Shown here: one piece after another, positions 10,653 through 21,203 of the stretch | How the letters are laid out: each line of letters starts with the position of its first letter | How positions within the stretch are numbered: the first letter of the stretch is position 1 | Assembly (NCBI GenBank): GCA_965217865.1 | Contig: CBDCJO010000002.1 | Location: 2,528,001-2,592,000 of the forward strand | DNA length: 64,000 nucleotides | Source: Candidatus Latescibacterota bacterium | GTDB lineage: Bacteria > Latescibacterota > UBA2968 > SICM01 | Direction: 5' to 3' | The notes under the pieces: generated by a model | The model's database searches: none | Seen by the model: only the letters and a program-made list of their open reading frames with translations | Told to the model about the DNA's origin: nothing | Program-made: the position numbers and the translations under genes

Positions 10653-13600
10653 ATGGTGAAGATGAAATTGAAGAACCTAAATTATTTAACAGGATTGGTG
10701 ATTTTCTCGATCCTGACCTTTTTCCCGGCCGGATCGGGTCACGCAGTGACCGTAGATCTGGAACTGGCCACAGTGGATCAGAACGGGTCCAACTTGGCGT
10801 CCGGTATCGTCCAGTCAAACGGGTTCGGCTCCGCCTCTCCTGGGACCATCACCAACTTTCCACTGGGACAGGGAAGATTTGCCCAGGGACTTTTCGGTGG
10901 GATCTTTTATAGGATAAATAACGTCGACACGCTTCCCCACGTTGTGGATAGCACGACGGCCAAGGTGGACGCGGCCACAGGGGCTACGACCTTCGTCCAG
11001 GATCTGTCACCCGGGTTCTCCAGGATCCAATTCGTCTTTACAATCGCAGATATTACGGTTGAGACAGTGGATATTACCGGGGCTCAGGTTCCCGGCGCGA
11101 TCAGCCTTCCAGGCGTCGGCGGAACCGGTTCCGCGCTTGTTTCGCAATATCTTTCAGGGAAGGGATTTTCCCTGACGGCGTCTTTCGGTGGAGTTACCTA
11201 CACGACGCCGGACATCGACGTGGATCTGTTCAGGCCGGGCCGGACAATTCGCGTGGACGCGGTTACCGGTGCTTTGCTTCCCGACGGGCCTTCGCTTGCC
11301 AATGATCAGGCCGAGATCGAAGTGGTCTTCTCGACCACTTTCCAGTTGCAGCTCGCCACAGTGGATCAGGACGAGATTGATTTAGGGCCTATCGGAGGGA
11401 CGATTTCATCCCAGGGGCTTAATGCGGTGCCTTCGCCTTCCAACTTTTTCACCTACACGCTGGGTGAAGGACGATTCGCCCAGGGGGATTTCAGCGGGGT
11501 TTCTTATAACATCCCCGACATCGACACGCTTCCGCACGTGGTGAACGGTCAGACCGCAAAAGTGGATGTGGGCACCGGGGTGACGACGTTTGTTTCGGAT
11601 CAGTCACCGGGTGTATCCCGAATCCATTTCGTGTTTTCGCGGGTTGAGACCCTGACGGTAAAGACGGTGGATATCGGTTTCGTTCAGGTAGACGGTTCGA
11701 TCAGCATGCCGGGTGTCGGGGGGACGGGGATCGCATTCGTTCCCAACTATGTTTCAGGTCAGGGATTTTCCCTGACGACGGATTTAAGTGGTATCATCTA
11801 CACGACCCCAGACATCGACACGGACCTGTTCAAGTCCGGCCGGACGGTACGTGTGGATGCGGTGACAGGTCTCCTTCTTCCAGACGGTCCTGCGCTTCCG
11901 AGCAATATGGCCGAGATCCAAGTGGTTTACCCTGGTACGCTGCAGCTTCAGCTGGCCACTGTGGATCAGGACGATGTTGATTTAGGCATTTTTGGCGGGA
12001 CGGTTTCGTCGCAGGGGCTTGGCGAGACCTCGCCCTCGAGCTTTTTTGCCTACACGATCGGCGAAGCCCGGTTTGCGCAGGGGGATTTCAACTCGGTCTC
12101 CTACAACATCCCGAACATCGACACGCTTCCGCACGTCGTGAACGGTCAGACCGCGAAGGTGGATGTGGTCACTGGCACGACGACGTTTGTTTCGGATCAG
12201 GCGACGGGTTCGGCGCGGATCCACTTTGTTTATACACGCGCCGAGACGCTGACAGTGAGGACGGTGGATAACGGTGGTATTCAGGTGGCGGGTTCGATCA
12301 GCCTTCCCGGTGTCGGTGGGACGGGGATCGCTTTTGTTCCCAATTATGTCTCAGGAAAGGGATTTTCCCTGGCGACGATATTCGGCGGGATCACGTACAC
12401 GACGCCGAACATCGATGTTTCGCTGTTCAATCCGGGACGAACGGTACGGGTTGATGCGGTGACGGGTCTTCTTCTTCCGGACGGTCCAGCGCTTGCGAGC
12501 AACAGGGCTGAGATCCAGGTGGTCTATTCGACCTCAGTCCAGCTGCGGTTGGCCACGGTGGATCAGGACGATGTGGATCTGGGAGCGTTCGGGGGTGGGA
12601 TTTCCTCCCAGGGTCTGAACGGCGTTCCTTCTCCCGTCGACCTTGCCTACACGATCGGCGAGGCCCGGTTTGCCCAGGGGAGTTTCAATGCGGTCTCCTA
12701 CAACATCCCGAACATCGACACGCTTCCGCACGTTGTAGACGGTCAGACCGCGAAGGTGGATGTGGTCACGGGCACGACGACGTTTGTGTCTGATCAGGCG
12801 GCTGGCTCGGCGCGGATTCATTTTGTGTATACGCGTGCCGAGACGCTGGTTGTGAAGACGGTTGATAACGGTGGTGTTCAGGTGGCGGGTTCGATCAGCA
12901 TGCCGGGTGTCGGGGGTACGGGGATCGCTTTCGTTCCCAACTATGTTTCGGGTCAGGGATTTTCCCTTACGACGGTATTCGGTGGGATTACATACACGAC
13001 GCCGAACATCGATGTTTCGCTGTTCAATCCGGGACGAACGGTACGGGTTGATGCGGTGACGGGTCTTCTTCTTCCGGACGGTCCAGCGCTTGCGAGCAAC
13101 AGGGCTGAGATCCAGGTGGTCTATTCGACCTCAGTCCAGCTGCGGTTGGCCACGGTGGATCAGGACGATGTGGATCTGGGAGCGTTCGGGGGTGGGATTT
13201 CCTCCCAGGGTCTGAACGGCGTTCCTTCTCCCGTCGACCTTGCCTACACGATCGGCGAGGCCCGGTTTGCCCAGGGGAGTTTCAATGCGGTCTCCTACAA
13301 CATCCCGAACATCGACACGCTTCCGCACGTTGTAGACGGTCAGACCGCGAAGGTGGATGTGGTCACGGGCACGACGACGTTTGTGTCTGATCAGGCGGCT
13401 GGCTCGGCGCGGATTCATTTTGTGTATACGCGTGCCGAGACGCTGGTTGTGAAGACGGTTGATAACGGTGGTGTTCAGGTGGCGGGTTCGATCAGCATGC
13501 CGGGTGTCGAGGGTACGGGGATCGCTTTCGTTCCCAACTATGTTTCGGGTCAGGGATTTTCCCTTACGACGGTATTCGGTGGGATTACATACACGACGCC

Positions 13601-14804
13601 GAGCATCGATGTTTCGCTGTTCAGTCCGGGCAGGACGGTCCGGGTTGATGCGGTGACGGGTCTTCTTCTCCCGGACGGTCCAGCGCTTGCGAGCAACAGG
13701 GCTGAGATCCAGGTGGTCTATTCGACCTCAGTCCAGCTGCGGTTGGCCACGGTGGATCAGGACGATGTGGATCTGGGTGTGTTTGGCGGTGGGATTTCCT
13801 CCCAGGGTCTGAACGGTGCTCCTTCTCCGGTCGACCTTGCCTACACGATCGGCGAGGCCCGGTTTGCACTCGGAAGTTTCAACGCGGTCTCCTACAACAT
13901 CCCGAACATCGACACGCTTCCGCACGTTGTAGACGGTCAGACGGCGAAGGTTGACGTGAACACGGGCACGACGACGTTTGTCTCGGATCAGGCGCCGGGT
14001 TCGGCACGGATCCACTTTGTATATTCGCGCGCAGAGACGCTGACGGTGAAGACGTTTGATCAGCACGGCGGGCTCATTCCCGGCCAGATCAGCATGCCGG
14101 GGCTTGGTGTCGGCTCACCGGGTTCCGTTACTATCCCTAACTACGTTTCAGGTCAGGGATTTTTCCTGACGACGACTTTCAGCGGGGTCGTTTATTCGAC
14201 CCCGAACATCGACGTGGATCTTTTCGGACTGGGTCGGACGATTCGCGTGGACGCAGCGACGGGCGCACTCCTTCTGGACGGTCCGCCGGTGGCTTCGAAT
14301 CATATCGTGATCTGCGTGATCTACACCAATATTGTCGAGTTGCAATTGGCCACGGTGGATCAGGATGAGGTTGATTTAGGCGTTTTCGGTGGGACGGTCT
14401 CCTCACAGGGTATTAACCAGGTTCCCTCTCCTTCCGCCTTTATTGTTGACTATACGTTGGGCCAGGGACGGTTCGCCCAAGGAGAGTTAAATTCGGTTTC
14501 TTACAACATTCCGAACATCGACACGCTTCCCCACGTTGCGGACGGTCAGACGGCGAAGGTGGATGTGAACACGGGCGTGACGACATTCGTTTCGGATCAG
14601 TCGCTCGGTTTTGCCCGGATCCACTTCGTTTATACGCGTGCTGAGACGCTTGCGGTGAAGACCGTGGATCAGAACGGAAACATCGTTCTCGGTTCCATCA
14701 GCATGCCCGGGTTTGGCGTCGGCTCCCCTGGTGTGGTGAACGTTCCTAACTATGTATTGGGTCAGGCGTTTACCCTGACGACGACTTTCAGTTCGATCAC
14801 CTAA
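10653..14804 (+). CDS. Large secreted protein with about 7 tandem ~199-aa beta-rich repeats; probably truncated at the C-terminus
   Basis: Signal peptide ending GHA; recurring LATVDQ...IDTLPHVV.GQTAKVD...YTTPNID...RVDAVTG; ORF stops mid-repeat. Confidence 0.85.
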   Translation: MVKMKLKNLNYLTGLVIFSILTFFPAGSGHAVTVDLELATVDQNGSNLASGIVQSNGFGSASPGTITNFPLGQGRFAQGLFGGIFYRINNVDTLPHVVDSTTAKVDAATGATTFVQDLSPGFSRIQFVFTIADITVETVDITGAQVPGAISLPGVGGTGSALVSQYLSGKGFSLTASFGGVTYTTPDIDVDLFRPGRTIRVDAVTGALLPDGPSLANDQAEIEVVFSTTFQLQLATVDQDEIDLGPIGGTISSQGLNAVPSPSNFFTYTLGEGRFAQGDFSGVSYNIPDIDTLPHVVNGQTAKVDVGTGVTTFVSDQSPGVSRIHFVFSRVETLTVKTVDIGFVQVDGSISMPGVGGTGIAFVPNYVSGQGFSLTTDLSGIIYTTPDIDTDLFKSGRTVRVDAVTGLLLPDGPALPSNMAEIQVVYPGTLQLQLATVDQDDVDLGIFGGTVSSQGLGETSPSSFFAYTIGEARFAQGDFNSVSYNIPNIDTLPHVVNGQTAKVDVVTGTTTFVSDQATGSARIHFVYTRAETLTVRTVDNGGIQVAGSISLPGVGGTGIAFVPNYVSGKGFSLATIFGGITYTTPNIDVSLFNPGRTVRVDAVTGLLLPDGPALASNRAEIQVVYSTSVQLRLATVDQDDVDLGAFGGGISSQGLNGVPSPVDLAYTIGEARFAQGSFNAVSYNIPNIDTLPHVVDGQTAKVDVVTGTTTFVSDQAAGSARIHFVYTRAETLVVKTVDNGGVQVAGSISMPGVGGTGIAFVPNYVSGQGFSLTTVFGGITYTTPNIDVSLFNPGRTVRVDAVTGLLLPDGPALASNRAEIQVVYSTSVQLRLATVDQDDVDLGAFGGGISSQGLNGVPSPVDLAYTIGEARFAQGSFNAVSYNIPNIDTLPHVVDGQTAKVDVVTGTTTFVSDQAAGSARIHFVYTRAETLVVKTVDNGGVQVAGSISMPGVEGTGIAFVPNYVSGQGFSLTTVFGGITYTTPSIDVSLFSPGRTVRVDAVTGLLLPDGPALASNRAEIQVVYSTSVQLRLATVDQDDVDLGVFGGGISSQGLNGAPSPVDLAYTIGEARFALGSFNAVSYNIPNIDTLPHVVDGQTAKVDVNTGTTTFVSDQAPGSARIHFVYSRAETLTVKTFDQHGGLIPGQISMPGLGVGSPGSVTIPNYVSGQGFFLTTTFSGVVYSTPNIDVDLFGLGRTIRVDAATGALLLDGPPVASNHIVICVIYTNIVELQLATVDQDEVDLGVFGGTVSSQGINQVPSPSAFIVDYTLGQGRFAQGELNSVSYNIPNIDTLPHVADGQTAKVDVNTGVTTFVSDQSLGFARIHFVYTRAETLAVKTVDQNGNIVLGSISMPGFGVGSPGVVNVPNYVLGQAFTLTTTFSSIT
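10750..14803 (+). repeat. Tandem ~597-bp coding repeat
   Basis: Units start near 10750, 11340, 11940, 12536, 13133, 13730 and 14333; central units near-identical in DNA. Confidence 0.9.
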
Positions 14805-15003
14805 GCTTGCGTTCGGCCAATCCCAGAGTCTTTTGTGCAACCAGGGATTTCTGCTGAGCCAGTTTTGCCCGGTTGTTCTCCTCGAAGAGCTTCTGCTGCT
14901 TATCCCGGAGCACCTGCTCTTGTCTCCGGATCTCCGAGACGATCAGGTACTTGCCGACGATGCAGACCCCCACCAGCATAAATGCAAGGACAATCCAGGA
15001 CAT
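14797..15003 (-). CDS. Small single-TM coiled-coil protein (possibly truncated)
   Basis: N-terminal TM then Q/E/K-rich helix; similar layout to its upstream neighbour. Confidence 0.6.
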   Translation of the reverse strand: MSWIVLAFMLVGVCIVGKYLIVSEIRRQEQVLRDKQQKLFEENNRAKLAQQKSLVAQKTLGLAERKLR

Positions 15004-15021
15004 TATTCAACTCTTTGAAAT

Positions 15022-15336
15022 TCACCGGATTCTTTGGGGTGGCTTTTCCTGATCTTCAAGTTCCTCATTTTTCTTCTGCTGAAGATTGATCCGGGCTTGT
15101 AAATCCGAGATTTCCTTTTCGTACTTCAGCACCTCTTCCTCCACCTCTCCCACTTTGCGTTCCGCCTCCATCGCCTGCGTTTCTGATTTGTCCGCTTCAG
15201 CCGTCTGCTTTTCGATCTGCTTATTGAGGTAATCGATCCTGGGCTTTATCTCATTCAATCGATAGAGAAAGGACATAATCATGTGGATCAGGTAGCCCGC
15301 ACTGACGACGATGACCCCTATAAATATCCAGTCCAT
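15022..15336 (-). CDS. Single-TM coiled-coil protein
   Basis: N-terminal TM followed by heptad-rich coiled coil. Confidence 0.7.
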   Translation of the reverse strand: MDWIFIGVIVVSAGYLIHMIMSFLYRLNEIKPRIDYLNKQIEKQTAEADKSETQAMEAERKVGEVEEEVLKYEKEISDLQARINLQQKKNEELEDQEKPPQRIR

Positions 15337-15459
15337 AGTTTCCTTGGTTATCCACGATTTTTGGAATAATTATCGCTATAATAAGACAACTTCTAGAACT
15401 AAGTCAAGATAAATCCATTTTGGAAAAGTAAGTGGCCGAATCCATTCACGAGAAGGGGT

Positions 15460-16794
15460 TTAACCCTCCTCTTGCGCGGCGATTCCGAGGTGGCGCAAGA
15501 TATCACCAACGAGATATAACGAACCTGTCACGCAAATCAGGTCGTCGGGTCGGGCTATGGAAAACGCGCTTTCAAAGGCGGCGATGGGGCTTTCCACCAC
15601 GTGCAGGGTCACTTCGGTGTCGCAGACCATCTGAGATATCGTGAGGGGTTCCGCAGCCTTTGGCTGGCTCGACCCGGTGAGGAAAGCCACTTCGGCACAA
15701 CGCTCCAAAACTCTCCAAACGCCGCTGATGTCTTTATCGGTCGCGATCCCAAACACCAAGATGAGCCTGTCGTAAGAGAACCCCTCTTTAAGGGACTGAA
15801 CCAGGCCCCTGGCGCTCTCGATCGTATGCGCCCCGTCCATAACAATCGTGGGATCTTTTCCGATCACCTGTAATCGTCCCGGCCATGTGGCTTCTTTCAA
15901 CCCATGCCTGACGGAATCTTCCGGAATGGAGATCCCCGTATCTCTCAATACCTCGGCAATCGCAACCGCCACAACGGCATTGATGACTTGATGTCCCCCT
16001 TTCAAAGCGATCTCCAGTCCGTCGAAGTTTCTGAGGCCGGCCACATCGAAAATTTGATGATTTGCATCACGTGAACGAAACGTGAATCGGATATCCTTAC
16101 CCACCTCAATGAATCGCGCATTCCGTTCCGCAGAGAACGACCGGATCGCGGTGGCCGCCTCTTCCGGCTGAGGAGCACTGACCACAGGAACACCATTTTT
16201 GACAATTCCTGCCTTCTCTCCCGCGATTTTCTTCAACGTGTGGCCTAAGTTTAGAGCGTGGTCGAATCCGATCGCTGTAATCGCGCAGACTGCCGGAGTG
16301 ACAACGTTTGTTGCGTCGAGCCGGCCGCCCATTCCCACCTCCAGAAGGGTTTGATCCACCTTTTCCCGGGCATAGTGATCCAGGGCGATCGCCGTCATCG
16401 CCTCAAAGTAGGTGACCTCTCCCAATTCCTCTTTGGAAATTCGCTCAACGCAAGGCTTCAGACGATCAACCAGTTGGACCATGGTACCCTTCGGGATCAT
16501 CCTGCGGTCGATCATGATCCGTTCCCGCAGATCAACAAGCCCCGGCTGGGTATAGAGTCCCACACGATAGCCCGACTTCCGGAGGATAGAATCCACGAAG
16601 GCGCAGACCGAGCCCTTCCCCTTGGTGCCGCCGACGTGGACGCATCGAAGACTGCGATGGGGCTCACCCAGGAGTTCGAGCAGCGCACGCATACGATCCA
16701 GCCGGAATGCCCGCTGGTGGGCCATCGATACACCCCGATCTGCCCGCTCGAAGTCGATCAGGCTATTCAGATAGGCGATGGCTTTATCATACAT
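15460..16794 (-). CDS. folC: Folylpolyglutamate synthase/dihydrofolate synthase
   Basis: HVGGTKGKGS, LEVGMGGRLDATNV, EKAGI, WPGR, DGAH motifs. Confidence 0.95.
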   Translation of the reverse strand: MYDKAIAYLNSLIDFERADRGVSMAHQRAFRLDRMRALLELLGEPHRSLRCVHVGGTKGKGSVCAFVDSILRKSGYRVGLYTQPGLVDLRERIMIDRRMIPKGTMVQLVDRLKPCVERISKEELGEVTYFEAMTAIALDHYAREKVDQTLLEVGMGGRLDATNVVTPAVCAITAIGFDHALNLGHTLKKIAGEKAGIVKNGVPVVSAPQPEEAATAIRSFSAERNARFIEVGKDIRFTFRSRDANHQIFDVAGLRNFDGLEIALKGGHQVINAVVAVAIAEVLRDTGISIPEDSVRHGLKEATWPGRLQVIGKDPTIVMDGAHTIESARGLVQSLKEGFSYDRLILVFGIATDKDISGVWRVLERCAEVAFLTGSSQPKAAEPLTISQMVCDTEVTLHVVESPIAAFESAFSIARPDDLICVTGSLYLVGDILRHLGIAAQEEG

Positions 16795-17072
16795 AATTCT
16801 AGGCTCCGGGCATCCATGGGCAAGGGGGGGCCGCGATCATGTTACCATAGAGTCCCACATCTGTCCTGTCTTCAAACGGCACAAAGGATTTTAATATTGC
16901 GTATTTCATTAATTTACAAAATATTATAGAGTCACCCCCATCTCGGCCTTGAATCGCCGGTGTGGGTTTTACATGGTTCATTCTGACGATAAGGTCTGGC
17001 GTGAAGGATATTTTTATATATATTTGATGGGCCTTTAGGATTCATTCCCCAAATTTCACAGATGAGGAGACT

Positions 17073-18767
17073 ATGTTGAGCGATCTTGAGATTGCCCAGG
17101 GTGCAAAGATCAAACCGATACAGGAAATCGCGTCGGGAATCGGTATTTTTGAAACGGAACTCGAACGCTACGGAGATTATAAAGCGAAGGTAAAACTCGA
17201 CGTTCTCGAGAGGTTTGGGGAACGGCCGAATGGAAAATATATCGTTGTCACATCGATCACACCGACGCCCCTGGGAGAAGGGAAGACCGTTACAACCATA
17301 GGCCTATCTCAGGCTTTTAACAGGATCGGTAAAAAGGTCTTTACGTGTATTCGACAGCCCTCAATGGGGCCAACATTCGGAATCAAAGGGGGAGCGGCGG
17401 GGGGAGGCTTTTCCCAGGTCGTGCCCATGGAGGATTTCAACCTTCACCTCACCGGTGACAACCACGCTGTGAGTGCCGCACACAATCTGCTCTCAGCGGC
17501 GGTTGATGCCTCCTTGATGCACAAAAATCCCCTGAACATCGATCCCTCAAGCATCACCTGGAATAGAGTCGTCGACGTGAACGACCGGGCATTGCGGCAG
17601 ATCGTTATCGGTTTGGGAGGGCGAGAAAACGGTGGGCCTCGCGAAACAGGTTTCGACATCACGGCAGCCAGCGAATGCATGGCAATACTCGCCCTTGCCT
17701 CCGGTCTTCAAGACCTGAGGGACCGGTTGGGCAAGATCGTGATTGGCATGACGATGGATAAGAAGCCCGTCACCGCGGAGGACCTCCAGGCCGCTGGTGC
17801 TATGGCCGTGTTGATGAAGGATGCGATCCAACCGACGCTTATGCAGACCCTTGAGGGAACCCCCGTCTTCGTCCACGCGGGCCCATTCGCGAACATCGCC
17901 CACGGCAACTCCTCCATCCTGGCCGACAAAATCGCTCTCAAACTCGCTGACTACGTGGTCACGGAGAGCGGCTTTGGTGCAGATTGTGGTATGGAGAAGT
18001 TTTTCAACATCAAATGCCGTTATTCAGGCCTTATCCCGAACTGTGCAGTCATCGTTGTGAGCATCCGGGCGCTTAAGATGCACGGTGGGCTCGGACGAAT
18101 CATCGCCGGAAAGCCACTGCCAAAGGTAATCGAAAAGGAGAACTTGCCTGCACTTGAAAAGGGTTTCGAAAACCTCACCAAACATCTTAAGAATGTGCGG
18201 CTCTTCGGGATCCCCGCTGTCGTGGCGATCAATCACTTCACCTCGGACTCTCCCGGGGAAATCGAACTCCTCCGGAACATGGCGAAGTCAGCGTGCGCCG
18301 ATGACGCCGTCCTGTGCGATGTCTGGGCAAACGGAGGAGCCGGGGGAGCCGAACTCGCAGAGGCGGTCGTTTCGGCTTGCGAGAAACCGTCGAATTTCCG
18401 TTTTCTCTACGGCCTGGACGTCCCGATAAAAACCAAGATCAGTCAGATTGCCAAAAAAGTCTACGGTGCGGTTGAAGTGGATTATGCACCCCGGGCTGAG
18501 CAGCAGATCGCCAACTACACCAAATTGGGATTCCACCGACTTCCCATATGCATGGCCAAAACACATCTTTCCCTGTCCCACGAACCCTCCTGGAAGGGGG
18601 CACCGGAAAACTTCCGTCTTCCGATCCGGGACGTGCGCGCCTCTATTGGCGCGGGATTCCTCTATCCCCTGTGCGGAGAGATGAGAACCATGCCCGGCCT
18701 TTCCAGCAGACCCGCCTTCAAGAAGATCGATCTTGATGAAAAAGGGAAAATCGTGGGATTATCCTGA
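17073..18767 (+). CDS. fhs: Formate--tetrahydrofolate ligase
   Basis: [41 protein letters not shown] motifs. Confidence 0.97.
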   Translation: MLSDLEIAQGAKIKPIQEIASGIGIFETELERYGDYKAKVKLDVLERFGERPNGKYIVVTSITPTPLGEGKTVTTIGLSQAFNRIGKKVFTCIRQPSMGPTFGIKGGAAGGGFSQVVPMEDFNLHLTGDNHAVSAAHNLLSAAVDASLMHKNPLNIDPSSITWNRVVDVNDRALRQIVIGLGGRENGGPRETGFDITAASECMAILALASGLQDLRDRLGKIVIGMTMDKKPVTAEDLQAAGAMAVLMKDAIQPTLMQTLEGTPVFVHAGPFANIAHGNSSILADKIALKLADYVVTESGFGADCGMEKFFNIKCRYSGLIPNCAVIVVSIRALKMHGGLGRIIAGKPLPKVIEKENLPALEKGFENLTKHLKNVRLFGIPAVVAINHFTSDSPGEIELLRNMAKSACADDAVLCDVWANGGAGGAELAEAVVSACEKPSNFRFLYGLDVPIKTKISQIAKKVYGAVEVDYAPRAEQQIANYTKLGFHRLPICMAKTHLSLSHEPSWKGAPENFRLPIRDVRASIGAGFLYPLCGEMRTMPGLSSRPAFKKIDLDEKGKIVGLS

Positions 18768-18885
18768 AGGGACGATAGGCGATTCGCCCTTGGACCCCTA
18801 AGGGATACATTTTGGAGCTTCCCGGAAAGAAGAGCATCACCCGACGCACTTTGGGTGTAATTCGGCATCCGTCCTCCCCCGAACC

Positions 18886-19188
18886 CTAGGCGTTGATCGC
18901 ATCAACTGCGGTTGCAAAGTCCACATCGCTTTGGGTAATCGTCCCCGTACTGTGGGTCGTTACGGAGACCTTCAAGATTTTGGTGCGGCTGTCCACAGCG
19001 AGGTCCGAGTGGTGGCTGTTTTTATCCATGGTATCCAGAACGCTTCGCAGGAAGGGCATGAGCTGTGCGAACTTTTCGAATTTCCACTCTCGGACAAGGG
19101 TGTTTCCGTCGCGTCGCCATCCGTTAAGAAACTTGAGCGCGGCCTCAATCTGGGCACTTCCGAGCACCGTCTTGTCTTCGACCGCCAT
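18886..19188 (-). CDS. phhB: Pterin-4-alpha-carbinolamine dehydratase family protein
   Basis: HH.D and TTHS.G.IT..D motifs; 100 aa. Confidence 0.8.
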   Translation of the reverse strand: MAVEDKTVLGSAQIEAALKFLNGWRRDGNTLVREWKFEKFAQLMPFLRSVLDTMDKNSHHSDLAVDSRTKILKVSVTTHSTGTITQSDVDFATAVDAINA

Positions 19189-19395
19189 CGATCCCTCCTT
19201 TGTTTAAAACCCAAGTCGTGCCGTCAGAGACTTGGGAATCAGCATGAATTTACTGGATACGCCGCTCAAATATAACGGATCGGACATAAGCCCGCAATTA
19301 TTGAATCCACAACGAGGAACCCACTCGGCAAAAAAACGTCAACCCACTAGACCGAGCCATTCCCACAATCAACTTCAAATTGCGAAAGCATTTAT

Positions 19396-19959
19396 ATGTC
19401 TTTCTGGCGCAACCGCTTCGGTAGGTCCGTCCGTGGCCTCCTCCTGATCCCTTTTTTTTTCGCCACGTTCGGATGCGGATCAAACGCCCCCAACCAGCCT
19501 CCCAATCCCCCCATCCCCTCGCCTCAACCCGGCGGATTCATCTTTGTAAGGACCGTCGAACTCAACGCGTATCTCCAAGCCCTCGACCCGACGATCCCTG
19601 ATTTTCGCGCGATTATCCAGGAACAGAATGCTGTCCTTGGAGACTGGTCGGACGGCAGGACAAATCCCTATTGGACTCAAATATTCGTGAACAATGTGAT
19701 TCTACGGATACAGGCTTATTCCCTTAGGCTGAACGCAATCCGACCGGATAACCCTGAGCTCCGGGATATACACGATCAGTTCTCCCTGGCCATTCAAACG
19801 CTTGAGGGGGGCATGGAAGTATTCCGCGTGGCGATCGACCCGGAGGACAGCCGTCTCCTTGGACAGGCCTTCGGAGATTTCGTTCGGGTCAATGATCTCG
19901 TAAATACGGTCACCGTTCGATTGAGCAATCTTGCGGGACAGCAGATCAGTTTCTTTTAA
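19396..19959 (+). CDS. Hypothetical lipoprotein
   Basis: Lipobox-like TFGC, Pro-rich linker, helical domain. Confidence 0.65.
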   Translation: MSFWRNRFGRSVRGLLLIPFFFATFGCGSNAPNQPPNPPIPSPQPGGFIFVRTVELNAYLQALDPTIPDFRAIIQEQNAVLGDWSDGRTNPYWTQIFVNNVILRIQAYSLRLNAIRPDNPELRDIHDQFSLAIQTLEGGMEVFRVAIDPEDSRLLGQAFGDFVRVNDLVNTVTVRLSNLAGQQISFF

Positions 19960-20039
19960 CACCCGGCCATCCGAACCCAAAAAAAGCGTATGAACCATCA
20001 GGATCATACGCCTACCATATATGCCAGCTCACCCCGACC

Positions 20040-21047
20040 CTATACGAAGACGTCCGTGGTCTCTCCGCGGGTGACCGTGACCTGCCCGGCCTCCTCGAGC
20101 TGCCGCACCGTCTGGACGACCCGAAGCTGGACCTCCTCAACGTCGCTCATCCGGACCGGTCCGGAAAACTCCATCTCCTCGCGGATCATCTGGCTCACAC
20201 GCTCGGACACATTCGAAAAGATCCGATCCTGCATCTCGGGCGCAGACCCCTTCAGCGCAGTCGCCAGATCCTTCGTGTCCACCTCCCGCAGCACCATCTG
20301 GATCTCCCGGTCCGTCAGGTTCGCGATGTCGTCGAACGTGAACATCATGTTCCGGATCTCCTCCGCGATCTCTGGATCCTGGGAGTCCAGTCGCTCCAGA
20401 ACGGCCTTCTCGGTCGAACGGCCCGTCATGTTCAGGATCTCCGCCACCTTCTTCGGACCCCCGATCTCCGTGATCTGTCCCGTCAGGATCGCCTGGAGCT
20501 CGTTGGCAAGCGTATCCTCGATCTCCCGAAGCACCTGCGGTGAGATGTTCTCCATAGCGGCCACCCGGTAGGTCACCTCCGACTGGAGCTCTTCCGGAAG
20601 GATGTTCAGGACGCCCGCGGCCTGAGACGGGTCCAGCTGAGACAGGATCAGGGCGATCGTCTGCGGGTGCTCCTTGCTGATGAACGGGGCGATCTGGTTC
20701 GGCGCGATGTTCCGGAGCAGGTAGAAGCCCCCCGTGGTCGTGGCCGTCACCCGGTCGAGCATCGTCTGCGCCCGGCGGGGTCCCATGGCCTTCTCGAGCG
20801 TCCCGCGGGCGAAATCGATCCCGCCCATCGAGATGTACTTCCCGGCCATCAAAAGCGTCTCGAACTCCTCGAGGACCTCGTCCTCCTGGTCCGTCGTGAC
20901 GGTCCTGAGCTCGGCGATGGTCTGGGCGATGTCCTCGATCTCGTAATCGTTCAGGTATTTCAGGATCTCCGCGCTGGTGTCCTGACCGAGCGCGATCATC
21001 AGGATGGCCACTTTCTGGCGAGATGAAAATCCTTCCGTTTCCGCCAT
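20040..21047 (-). CDS. fliG: Flagellar motor switch protein FliG (orphan)
   Basis: EHPQTIALILS, GG.KKVAEIL, MFTFDDI, GPVRMSDVE motifs; start MAETEG at 21047. Confidence 0.93.
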   Translation of the reverse strand: MAETEGFSSRQKVAILMIALGQDTSAEILKYLNDYEIEDIAQTIAELRTVTTDQEDEVLEEFETLLMAGKYISMGGIDFARGTLEKAMGPRRAQTMLDRVTATTTGGFYLLRNIAPNQIAPFISKEHPQTIALILSQLDPSQAAGVLNILPEELQSEVTYRVAAMENISPQVLREIEDTLANELQAILTGQITEIGGPKKVAEILNMTGRSTEKAVLERLDSQDPEIAEEIRNMMFTFDDIANLTDREIQMVLREVDTKDLATALKGSAPEMQDRIFSNVSERVSQMIREEMEFSGPVRMSDVEEVQLRVVQTVRQLEEAGQVTVTRGETTDVFV

Positions 21048-21203
21048 ATGTCTCCTGTTCAGGGAAATCTGTGAAGTGCGAACCCATCGGAAAGAAGTTG
21101 AAATTCTTGACACTTATTTATAAAAGCAGGGAAAAGGCCTGTTAAATCCTATGGATTTCGTCGAATCCCTTCCCGGTTCCTCAGATTGTCCAGAACAACT
21201 GAA

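Noticed and set aside
10750-14803. Diversity-generating retroelement TR/VR pair
   Set aside because: Repeats are in-frame coding units, differences are not adenine-specific, and no reverse transcriptase is present
16800-17070. THF or ZTP riboswitch between folC and fhs
   Set aside because: A hairpin exists near 16935-16970 but I could not match consensus motifs on either strand
19990-21087. Long alternative-frame ORFs over fliG (also over the sulfatase, transposase and activator genes)
   Set aside because: Shadow ORFs caused by GC-rich codon bias; no protein motifs
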